DNA of 64,000 nt, from NCBI GenBank assembly GCA_965285935.1, contig OZ260664.1, positions 46,500,001 to 46,564,000 of the forward strand. Reading direction: 5' to 3'. The notes under the pieces are model-generated. The model had not been told where the DNA came from. It made no database searches and worked only from the letters and a program-made list of their open reading frames with translations. This document shows, one piece after another, positions 53,196 to 64,000 of the stretch. The stretch's first letter is position 1, and every line of letters begins with the position of its first letter. The position numbers and the translations under genes were made by a program. Origin of the DNA: Ophelia neglecta (Eukaryota).

Positions 53196-54947
53196 GGTAC
53201 TGTACAAAACAGACATTCTTCACATAAAAATGACAAGTCTCAATTAATATTGCTCCCACCTGCCAAGCTATTTCTAGGAATTCTTATAAACTTTTAAATA
53301 AGCTCATTAGTGCCTGTGGTATATGCAGCCATGCCATCAGGCAATACATTCTTGTCTCAAGGGAATGAAATAACCCTTACTTACAGCCAGCTGCTAATCA
53401 AATGAAGTATCAAATACAGAAGCACTGTGAATCAGGGCCCACCTTATACACAGTGAGTTATGCTTGTGCTTCGTTGCAAACTAATCAATGCAAAACTCAT
53501 TATGTTATTATTAGTCGACTATCCCAGAAGTCTGTCTTCTTGTAATCTTCAAATTTAGAAATAATAGGAATAATTATGTCAATGATATTGGCAGCAGCAC
53601 AAGTGACTAGCAGTGCCCTGAATATGGACTGAAAATACAATTGGGCTGAAATCAATAAAATTGCCAAAAGGGTTTGATCTTTAGTGACTGAGGCTTGTAG
53701 GATACAGGTTCAAAGCCTGTAGACACTGATGGGACCAGCCTTGGCTCCGAGTAATTCATCTTAATCCACCAACTTGCCACCCCTCTGCTCCATAGGAAAC
53801 CACCAGTCTGATATCCAATACAATTGGCCGAACTAGAATAAAAAAACTACCAACAGAAAATCACTGATAGGCAACCGAAAAATGACAGGGAGTGATTGGA
53901 CACATTCCTTGTATTCTGTGCAAGATTGAATTCTACCCAACAATAAGATGGCTGAAACCTTAGCTCAATGAAAGTGAATAAATGTCATATATGGAGAGAT
54001 TAACTGGATTCAGAAAATACACTTTCAAGAAATGGGGCAGTCTTAGCAGTAAGAGAGCCACAAAATGGATTCCGCTCATCATTTTTAATCTCCATCAGAA
54101 CCCTAACTACACAATGACCAATAAATGTACAGTGCTCAAACTTTAAACGATGGAAAGCAAATGGGTGTCTCGTGAGTTGAAGGAGGACAAGAAGAAAGAG
54201 GATTACTACAAGCTTCCTAGATGGCAGAGGGTGTAAACAAATCCCAGTCCAATTTAGGTATATTACAGGCCAAGAACAAGTGGCATGAGTTGGGGTGGAA
54301 ACGATAGCAGTATCAGTAAAGGGTGGGTGGTGGATGAAAGGGGGTCTCCTAAAGGGGCTCAGATGAGATACCTCCCAATGTTATGAATGCCAGAGTCCCT
54401 CTCTATTCTGGACATCAGCTTGCCACCCCAGGAGCCCAATACATATTGACTTCTCCATGGCAGGCTTCTCACTTTCTTCACTAGATCTTTGAATTCCCTT
54501 TCCAGCTTCCACACAAAATGCTATTGAAACATCAATCACCAGTGCAAACTTGAGCATTTAGGAAAAAGGTATCACCAGAATATGCAAGACAAATCACAAA
54601 TATGCCATTCCTGCAAAAGGAATTATGCATCATTTGTTAAGTGTATGTGTATGTGAGGAAAACAAAATGAAGTGCAATCTTTCAGTATGATTTATGTCAA
54701 GCACACAAGGTTATATATATTCACCTAGGAGATTCTTAGTCCTGAAAAAGTGCACCTTTGATGATGGAGAGTATCACATGAATCACTCAATATTGTGCCT
54801 CTATATACCCACAGAGTAGATGCTTAGAGGGAGGCAAGACATGACTTACACAAGAATAACCACATGTATGATGCATGATGATACAACTAAATCTACTTGG
54901 TCCAACAACACCTGCCCCCCCCCCCCTCTCCCCCCTCAATACCTTAA

Positions 54948-55581
54948 AGCTACTCTCATATTGGCCCGAGAATGTTTCCGATGTCTTCCGATATTTGATC
55001 GGAGTAGTATCGGTGAAAAGTCGGTGAAATATCGGAACATGTCGGAACATGTCGGAACATGTCGGGACATGTCGGAAGGCTCGGAGGCACTTGGAGGGTG
55101 TCGGGGGATTCTCGTAAAGGACATCGGAAGCCTCTAAAAATTTTTAAACCTGTCCAAAATATTTCTTTCTCTGAAATGTTCGGAACAAATATCGGCGTAT
55201 GTGCCGTATGTCGGCGTATGTCGGCGTAGCTCGGCGTAGCTCGGCGCATGTCGGCGTATGTCGGCGAATGTCGGAGATGTTCGGCAACCACAACATCGGA
55301 GTATTTGTCGGCTTTCCTCGGTATACCGAGGGGCGCCGAGGTACGCCGAGGGCGCCGAGGCAGCCGCCGATAGCTCCGACAGGCGCCGACAAAAGTCACG
55401 TGGTCGCCGGGGGGTATATAACCGCTTGTCGGCGGGCTCCACGAAGAAATCGCCGAGATCCGACCGTTTCTATCGGAGGCAGTCGGAGGCAAGTGACAAT
55501 ATCGGAGTACATCGGCACATTGTCGTAGTATTTTTTATCGGAGTATATCGGAGACCCTCGGAACTTGATATGAGAGTAGCT
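54948..55581. mobile_element. 634-bp CpG-rich MITE, PIF/Harbinger-type
   Basis: Perfect 14-bp TIR AGCTACTCTCATAT/ATATGAGAGTAGCT; TAA on both sides (54945-47 and 55582-84). The interior is packed with TCGG/CCGA and 10-bp tandems, with no transposase. Confidence 0.9.
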
Positions 55582-56676
55582 TAAGGCTCTGTGCAGTCAT
55601 AATAGCAGCCTTTTTACACATCCACAGATGGCAGCTCTGAAGAATGGTCATCTTCCACACACCTCCCATCAGCATTCATAAAAACATCAAGCCAGCTATA
55701 AACTGAACCTCCTGGAATGGTTTTATTGTAGGGGTGCTAAGATGCTAAGATCATTACTCCATCAGCCAGGTAGCATCTGATGATGGCATATCCCCTCTCC
55801 CCACTCCTCAGGCCTAGTTAAATGTCAGCAGTAAAGCCAATAACTATACATTGGGGCTCCAATGTTACCCACATAAAGCCAATTGTCTTCTTCAAGCCAT
55901 GTAAAAATGTGAGAATCTGGGAAATGGGAGAGGCTCGTGGACTAGGATAATAACACATACCCAGTACCCAAATCAGTCTGGTCTATTTCCCCAGTGGACA
56001 CCTATGGTTATCAACACAGCATTCTTTCTTGATAACAAAAAGCTGGTGTCGAAAGCCGACAATTTTCTTGGGAGAACCTGGACGGACTGACGTGTTAACT
56101 GAAGTAATAATGTCACTCCCAGAAGATCTATCTTATACTTACTGAGAATGACATTATTAAATACTGTACAACCATTTTTTCCTGACACCACATGTAAGTA
56201 GAGTTGACAAAGAAAAAATTTGTGCTATTAAGTTATTACAATTTTCTTGAACTACTTAATTTTGGCAACAAAAAAATTACACTTAAATTTAAGTCTTCAG
56301 TACTGTTAGTTATGCTACTGTGAATTTAGAATGGAATGCCTTGTATAGTCAACTGCATATTTATGTGCATTAGAAATCGTGACTATGACTGTATTGACAG
56401 TTGATTGTTCATTTCACTGTGAGACATCTTAAATAGACATAACATGCAATTTAAACTTTGTTTTTACTTTGATGTCAAGTAGGAATAGGGTGCCAAAAAA
56501 AACTTTAAAAAAATTATCTCAAGGACTATCAAACATATCTAAATTAATTTTTAAATAGAAACCACTCTTGTAAGCTTGTGCAATATGTAGACCTACATTA
56601 CATGTACAACACTGTACATGTAATGTATGCATGCACATGAATATCTGACAGCAGTATTCAGCGCCATATCCCGTTT

Positions 56677-56826
56677 AGCTAATCGCAAACCAGAGCTCCT
56701 GATTACATGTACATGAATAGCGAATCACAAACCAGAGCTGCTTTTTATAGCCAATCACAATCGGAGCTGCTGCTGTGTAGCTATTCACAGAGCAACGTCT
56801 GTGTAGCCAATCACAAATCAGAGCAA
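56677..56826 (+). repeat. array of ~5 AGCCAATCACAAANCAGAGC-like motifs
   Basis: Five spaced copies, two with an intact CCAAT box. Confidence 0.7.
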
Positions 56827-59173
56827 CTTATTTAAATTTCCACAGTTTTTACATTATTAACTTTTGTTAAATGAATAATTTCGCAAAACTGGCCTGAATT
56901 TGTCTAAGCATGTGCTTGGAATTTAATTTTTACTGTCAGCGGATATTCACCTGATATTTTTTTCTTCTTACATTAATAAGGGGAGTCGGACTTTGACCTT
57001 CAGAGTAATATGAGCTCTGTAATTAACAACTACAGCACCACAAGTGACAAATGGTATTGACTGTTTTGCAGGCTTTCGAAATTGTTTTTCCAATTGAGTA
57101 ATATCACTTCCCTACCTACCAACACTAATCTAAACACTAAACACTAATATGTGGTCACTTACATATTATCTCTATACTACTAGCCTTTAAGTAGTACACC
57201 AAACCAGGTCTGAGGGGTATAACTTTAATGACTGCCACCAACTAGTATTCCAATGACCACCAGCCAGATTAAAGCACTGGAAAATACTGTGACTTTATTC
57301 CTTGATAAAGCCAACCACAGCTTAGTCGCATCTCGCCAAATTTCATTAAAATCAATCAGGAAGATTTTGCATAATTTGATAGACACAGAAATGGCTGCAC
57401 AGAACTGATGACACAACATTATCATCACTGCTTAGTCAAAGTAATGGAAAACTATTGAGCCAATTTCAAAGAATGTTGGCATTCAACTGTAGATGTCAAA
57501 AGGAGTGCCTATTCCAGAGACCCTGGGTTTGAGAGACCTTGTATTGGATAGACCCTTGGATTTGAGATTAAAGAGACCCTTCAAGTGAAGGACCATTCAC
57601 ATTGATAGTGTTTCAATGAACCTTACCCATATTGGATAGTGGATGCCCCTACTTGAATAACAATACTTTATGGAAAACTATTTACATGTTTTAAATTTAC
57701 CACTTTTTAAATCTTCAATATGGTATGCTTTATCATTGCTGATGAGACATGTCTACATTCCACAAAGAGGGTGACTAATATCAACACTGTGACTACTGTA
57801 AACTAGGATGTTTTCAGACAAGATATTTTGATGAAAGTTGCACAGCATGCATACTTAAAGATCAGGAAATATCGGCTTCTAAATCATCTTTAACAATTGT
57901 ACAGAAGTGAGGATATAAATTAATCACTGGCTGTTAAGTTGTCATCAGCAGGTAAAAACTAGCAGATCACCCAAATGGCAAAAGTTGATGGTTTGCAGTA
58001 TATTGCCAGCTGGGATTTATCCAGCTTGACTCAACTCAACTTATCTTTGAGTCTAATGTGCCCAGCCTTGACCTCTGCTCACATACAGCCATTTAAGGAA
58101 TTCAATTCAATCACAATCTCAGGGAATTTAGATGGATGCTGTAAACAAAGCCACACTTTACGACAAACCAATGGTCACCCTATAACATAAATATGTCTAA
58201 ACAAGCGTAAACATTGCCCAGCGGTGGCACCAATATGGACCCTCATCTGCCTGGTTCTAGCGAAGGGTAAGCAATGTGTGGCACAACACTAGGGGCTAAG
58301 GCTTACTAAATCAAGCCCCATCCACTTAAGTAGCAAATACAAGTGCCTTTAAATAACCAGGCTAAGCTTTTTTAAAAAAATCAATAATTAACAATGACTT
58401 TACTGTAAAAGAAAGACTACCCCATAACCCATGACTACAATATAAGCAATGACTACATAAAACTACAACAATAAACCAGGACTACACTATAAACCATGAC
58501 TACAAATCTATTCACTCGAAAAATCAACTACAAGTAAGAAGTTAACCAAGCTATAACCAGACATCAGGTTTACCTACATCTATGAAATTTTAATGCAAAC
58601 ACTGTTCTTAAAGAACTGGCACTTTTAGACAGGGTGGTATTAGTTTGGGTAGGCTGTTCTTAAACCAATGGCAGAAAGCCTTGGTTATGGACTGACTGGC
58701 TGTAACCCCTAGCACATGAAACAATTCCAGATAGTTATGCCAAACAAATACTGGTTGAACAGTGGGAGGGTCTCGATAAAACGAACTGGTATCTACTCCA
58801 AAGACTAGAATGTCCTCGGCTCAAGTGGCTCTAGTGCAAACAATAATCCAGTGAACTTGGCTCACTGGGAGAGACAACAATGGCAGCAACATAACAGTCG
58901 CCCAGCAATGTACACAAAATTAGTGGCAGGCTAATTCCTAATATCAGCCGGCAGTGGCTAAAACTGGTTGTTGAGGAGTTTGAAAGCTTTGATATGAAGG
59001 CAGTAGATTCCACAAACAGTGCCGGTAAAGTGCTGATATAACAAACACTAAACCGGCCCAGTAAATGGCCTGTGATAAGATAACAGACCCATGCTCCTGG
59101 CGGTGACATATGGGAGAGTTGCAATGAGATCATGGTTGTGGGTGGAGACAAACACCATTGTGTAATGGGATTA

Positions 59174-59368
59174 ATAGAACCATTCTTAGTGGTGCTGCCC
59201 ACTTAACTGTATCTTTCAAGGGGAGTTCCCGGACTTAAATCTGACCATGAACCCCTTGAAGTGGACCCTTCTCTCTCTTGTCCTCTTGGGCCAATCATGG
59301 TGCCTGGATTGTTTTCAACAGATATATATCATCTTCAAAGTTGGCAGCGCCTCCGAGAATGGTTCTAT
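59174..59368. mobile_element. ~195-bp MITE with ~31-bp imperfect TIRs
   Basis: Left atagaaccattcttagtggtgctgcccactt versus reverse complement of the right end atagaaccattctcggaggcgctgccaactt. TSD not intact. Confidence 0.75.
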
Positions 59369-62300
59369 CAGATTGGAGTGTCTGCCCCCAGCTCTTTATG
59401 GCTGGCCACTCACTACAGTTCCAATCCTAAATACTCCCAAGTACCAAGCAGGGATTTATTCTACAGCTACACATACTTTTTGTAAAGTGATAAATTTATG
59501 TTTTTAAACACTACAGGTTCTGGGCTTGTTATATTTGATAACCACCTACATGTAAGTACTGGTAAGTCTCAACTGGTAACATGTCTACATATAACAAGAT
59601 GTAGAGGTCACTTGTAATACACTTGCAGGTTTCTCTTAACCCATATACTGTATGTTTGGAAAATGGAACATATAAACACTGTAGAATAAATGGAGGTTCA
59701 GATTGTAAGACACATGTACGGTACATGCATTCAAACTTTCTAAGCCTGGAAAAAAAACCTGTTTAAAAGTGAACACTGCATACATATACATGTATATTAA
59801 TATCAAGAACCACAGGAGAACAACATGTTTATATGTGCAAGGTGAAAGTCCTGCTGGCTCAAACTAAATCAAATAGCAAGCAAGACAGGTTGAGAATAGG
59901 CGCTCCCTTCCCCAGTTATTCAAACTTGTATCTGTTTGCCCATAATCATCACATACCCCTACAGCCTTTGGAGGAAATGGGTACACTGCCTTTGTTCACC
60001 AGCATGCATCCATAAACTCTAACCAGCATAATTTTTTGACAACAGTGGGTATGTTGCAAACTAGTGTGGGTGCAAGTCTGCATATAACATTGTACTCTTA
60101 GATTATGGTTATTTGTAGCCTGAGTTTCTGTAAGGGGAGGCAGTTACCTGTCGGCCATCCAGAGAAGGTTAATTTATAACTCTAATACTAGGACCTTAAA
60201 GGACCTTGGCCCTGCTATCATTCAGCCAATATTAATGTATGCTGTCTCGTTCACTTAACATGTTGAAAAAGAATGTCAAAGCTTATTCATGGAATAACTT
60301 TTTTTTTAGAATTATAGGTAAATCTAAAGAATATTTACAGCCGGACTTCCTACATAAAAATAATGATCGGAAAGCATGTATCAAGTTTGTTCCTGCTTTG
60401 GTATATACTCTTTGAATTTTACACCTGTTTTATGAACATATGATAAGAATTTTCACCGCAAAGGAAATACAAGTTTATGTTAACTTGTTCAGATAGCAAA
60501 CCACTTGAATGAGGCAAGAAATATCTTGTTCAATACACATGTACAAATGTACACATGACATTTATATGTTCTCCTGAACCAGCTGCTTGAAAACACATCA
60601 AATTGCTCCTGCGAAAAACTGGAGTAGGGTAAATCCTTCAAACAAAATGCCAAGCCTTTCTTCTTACCATGAAAGCTTTTATCAACTATGTAGCTAAGGC
60701 ATCAGCAGTCACCTTGGAAACAAGCCTGAGGGTTAATTGAGTTAGAACATTTTATAAAACATCATCATAAGAATGTTTTAATAGTTAAGTATGCCTTACA
60801 GCAAAGCTATTAGCTATTTAATGTGTCTTGACTCAAAGCTAGTTGTGCACATTAAACATACTAAAGAAAGACATTAGATCTCTCCCAAAAGGCACAGATC
60901 ATTCACAGAGGCTTAGGCAACAACATTTACTACCATATTTATACAGGGATCATACTTGATGTAAGTTGCATGTCTTTAAGACATGTGGCTTGGGGACCAA
61001 TAATGAACATTTATCAAGGCTGCCTCCAAATGTCAAAATTTGAAAACAATTTGGAGGCATCATACATAAATACATACTAATAAGTAACTTTCAGTCACAT
61101 TCATAATGCTAGAGCACTAACATACAGTGGATATACATACATACAACTTATAAACACAACACTATGCCAAATTAGGCATCATATTTAGTTCCAAGGCATA
61201 TCTGTGGGGAATTTATTGTTAATGGAAAATGCCTAGATCTGTACACAGGAATGCCTCCAAGACCTACATACATAGTGATAGGAAAATTATAGTCCTACTA
61301 TAACTACCTACACCTACAGGGATTGTCCTGTAGGCTTGTGGCTGCTACACTTCTTTATTGCATGGTCAAATGGGCTCCAAGGTTAGATACATTGGTATAT
61401 AAGTATATTTCAAGTTTTAATAGATATAGAATATAGAAAATATTTTGGCTGGCATACACATGAAGCTGCTAACTATTATAAAATGCCTGCAATTAAAGTG
61501 TGATCAGTTAAAACCAAAGTGACTAAGGGTATCAATTTACCCAGCATGGGATGTACATGTACATGTACATGTATACTATATATATTTATATATACACACA
61601 CAGGCAGACAATAGCTGTCAGTATAATGATCCAGGCCAATGAGGAATCTTACATAAAACCTGAATCCCTCTCATTCAACATCACAATAACTGTCAGTCCT
61701 CCTGCTAAAGGCAAAACCAAGCCAAAGAATGGATAAATACCTAGACTATAAAAAATAATGATTAGACCATAAAAACAGCATCAAGGCTGTCAAAAGGTAA
61801 TGAAAATGATCCATTACTTCTGCAAATTAATGGTAAACAACTTCTAAGCTTGATAATGCCTTGCGGAGGGTGGAGCGCCAGGTCGGGACATCCATTTAGC
61901 TTGCTTTGCTTATCAGGGATGTGATAGACAATGAAAAAGACTTTTTGCTGACCTTAAACAAAGTGGACATAATCTAACAGAAGGCTATAATCATGGATAT
62001 CTGACATGTCAGTTTTAGACAGCCCATACAAGGAATCCTCTGGTTCAGTCTCTCCTACCTGCAGTGAGGCATACTCTGGCCCATCATAAAACTAATTAAA
62101 CACTTAGAACTGTATTCTTAGCAAGTAAACTTCTATCAGCTAGCCCTACAAAACAAAAAAGGTTAAAAAATATCATGCTCAACTATGATGACAGCCTAAA
62201 AGGCATTCTTAGGAGAGGGAGTGTAGCAATCAGAGCCAGGAGCCAGCTATCACTTAGACTTCACTGACATCAGACTCCTCACATCCACCCACAGGACAAC

Positions 62301-63441
62301 TTGTAATCATCTTGCCAGATAATCTATACACTGTCAGCCATTAATGTTGATTGCAGGGCTGTAAATGTTTGAGCCTATCCGGGTATAGCTTAAACGAATT
62401 ATGATGAAAAGTCTGAGTACACAAGGAATTGTGCCCCTGTTTCCATCCATTATCATCTCTTTACATCACTTTAATACTGGTTTAGAGGTGAGCCCACTTT
62501 TAATGTCAGTCTTTTTATGAAACCCTTGGGTTTCTTAAAGGTTATACATTGAACTTTACATGGCTACTGCTGGGGACAAAATGTTTGACCAGGGCAGCAT
62601 TTTGCAGACACAGACAGCTCAGGAAGGAACTCTTGTGTACAGACAATGTACATATGTACATGTTGTAAAATCCCAGGCCACACCCAGCTACTTGACCTTC
62701 ATTGACTGCACTAGCTGAGGGGACTGGAAGGGGGTGAGGAGGGGTGCTAGTCAGCATTATAACTTGTCTGGAAAGTAAACTATCCAATTAGTTCAGAAAT
62801 CACCTCTGGTGCCAATGACATAAAATCAATGGAAAGGGTTCAGTGACTCGGGCACCAATGAATAAAATCAATTGATCACCAGCATGGACACATACATCAT
62901 TTTGCAGGTAGATCTCAAGTATTGTATGTGTTATACAATAACCATCATTATTATAATGGGGCTATTAATCACTATAACAATGAGTTGAGAGGACCTCGGA
63001 ATGTTTCCGAGATGTAAAGATCAACCAACCTGTCTAGTGGTCTATTCCTAATCCCAGGTGGACAGCTACATCCACAACACCTTGACTGTATTAGTGGGAA
63101 TTCCCCCATCGTTACTGTAAGAGCCAATTAGGCACAAAAGCTCCTCACATCTACCAATACACTACTCCCTAGAGAAGGCTCTTACTATTATCCAAACAAG
63201 CTAGGTAACCCAAAGCTAAATATATTTTTCTTGGAGAAGGATCTTTCAGCAGATGAAAGCTTATAGTCAGAGCATAGAAGGATTGGTTTTGTTAGGAAGC
63301 TACACATGTGTTCATGCCCTGTCTGAGTTGTGGCATTTCAGAGGGGCTGATTCACCTCTCCCAAACATGACCTGACAGTAACAACAGCAGAGAGCTGTAC
63401 ACATGATGTCTGGAGAGGAGGGGGTAACAAAAAATTCTCAC

Positions 63442-63683
63442 CTGGATTTGAGGCGCTTGGCTGCAAGGCGACCCTCAGAGGCCTGCTCTGCCGCACTCTC
63501 TGACATGTCGGTTTGGCCAGAAAAACCGTTTGCTAGATCAATGTCAGTGCCGAGCAGCCTCTTCCTGGCCGTCACACTGGTAATGGTGGAAATGGTGGCG
63601 GCAGGCGGAGCTGTATGAGGAATGGTGACCCAGGTCCCTTGGGCTGGTGGCCCACTAGGACCAATACCTGACACTTCTCCTGG
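63442..63683 (-). CDS. candidate coding exon (ATG 63506 MSESAAEQASEGRLAAKRLKS+; frame open back to 63683)
   Basis: GC/CpG-rich, protein-like 80-codon open frame ending at donor CAG|gtgaga in phase 2. Upstream acceptors are weak, so it may be a first exon. Confidence 0.65.
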
Positions 63684-64000
63684 CTAGTAACAAGCTGTGC
63701 TATATTATTCTCTGTGCAAGTTCACACCGTACTGGACCATACAGGTACGTGTAAATCACAACCAAAGCCACTGGGGTGACTAGCCAACAATCTCTAACAC
63801 TACACAGATATATCCTACACACCAACTTGCCAGCACACAGCTATCCTTCCCAGAATTACAAGTCCAAAGAATGCACAACTCAGTGAGTTTCACAATCTCA
63901 GGTGATCAGCTGTAATGGTGTACAAACAGGCGTCAACAGCCTGCGACATTACTGGGGGCAGGCCACGTGCCTGTGTTATCGCTAGGATGTGTTGCTGCGT

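Larger units (their letters stand above)
4010..63683 (-). other. 5' portion (long introns, alternative start exons, microexons) of a large unidentified protein-coding gene
   Basis: The best paired acceptor/donor signals and ATG-to-donor open frames lie on the minus strand and mostly end in phase 2. No recognisable protein domain lies in the window. Confidence 0.55.

Noticed and set aside
53685-53780. B-box-like ggttcaaagcc, possible old SINE
   Set aside because: No matching A box, body homology or TSD is discernible.
54787-55584. Cluster of overlapping 62-178 aa ORFs
   Set aside because: They arise from the GC-rich, stop-poor MITE interior and show no transposase motif.
63442-63683. Naming the host gene (muscleblind, PDE and arrestin were considered)
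   Set aside because: None of the peptides matches a domain I can recognise, so no symbol is assigned.

Overview
This is eukaryotic, intron-like DNA. It is AT-rich and strongly CpG-depleted, has many TACATGTA runs and carries two Meta/MESC-type tRNA SINEs, which points to an invertebrate, probably a mollusc (inference). There is no long ORF, and almost all ORF-track entries are chance or repeat-derived. The best reading is the 5' part of one large minus-strand gene that I cannot name. It has several candidate alternative start exons ending in phase-2 donors (63.4, 43.6, 38.8, 30.8, 23.0, 21.4 kb), an internal cluster of short 5'UTR exons at 21.4-23.3 kb, and 12-20 nt candidate microexons. Two sites 25.5 kb apart share TTTTCAG|GTATGTA, and each is followed 36 or 54 nt later by a strong donor, which is the architecture of recursive-splicing (ratchet) exons. 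The introns hold six minisatellite arrays, two SINEs, a young CpG-rich PIF/Harbinger-type MITE, a Tc1/mariner-type MITE, a two-copy MITE family and a decayed Helentron/pearl-like element. All exon calls come from splice signals and reading frame only and need RNA-seq.
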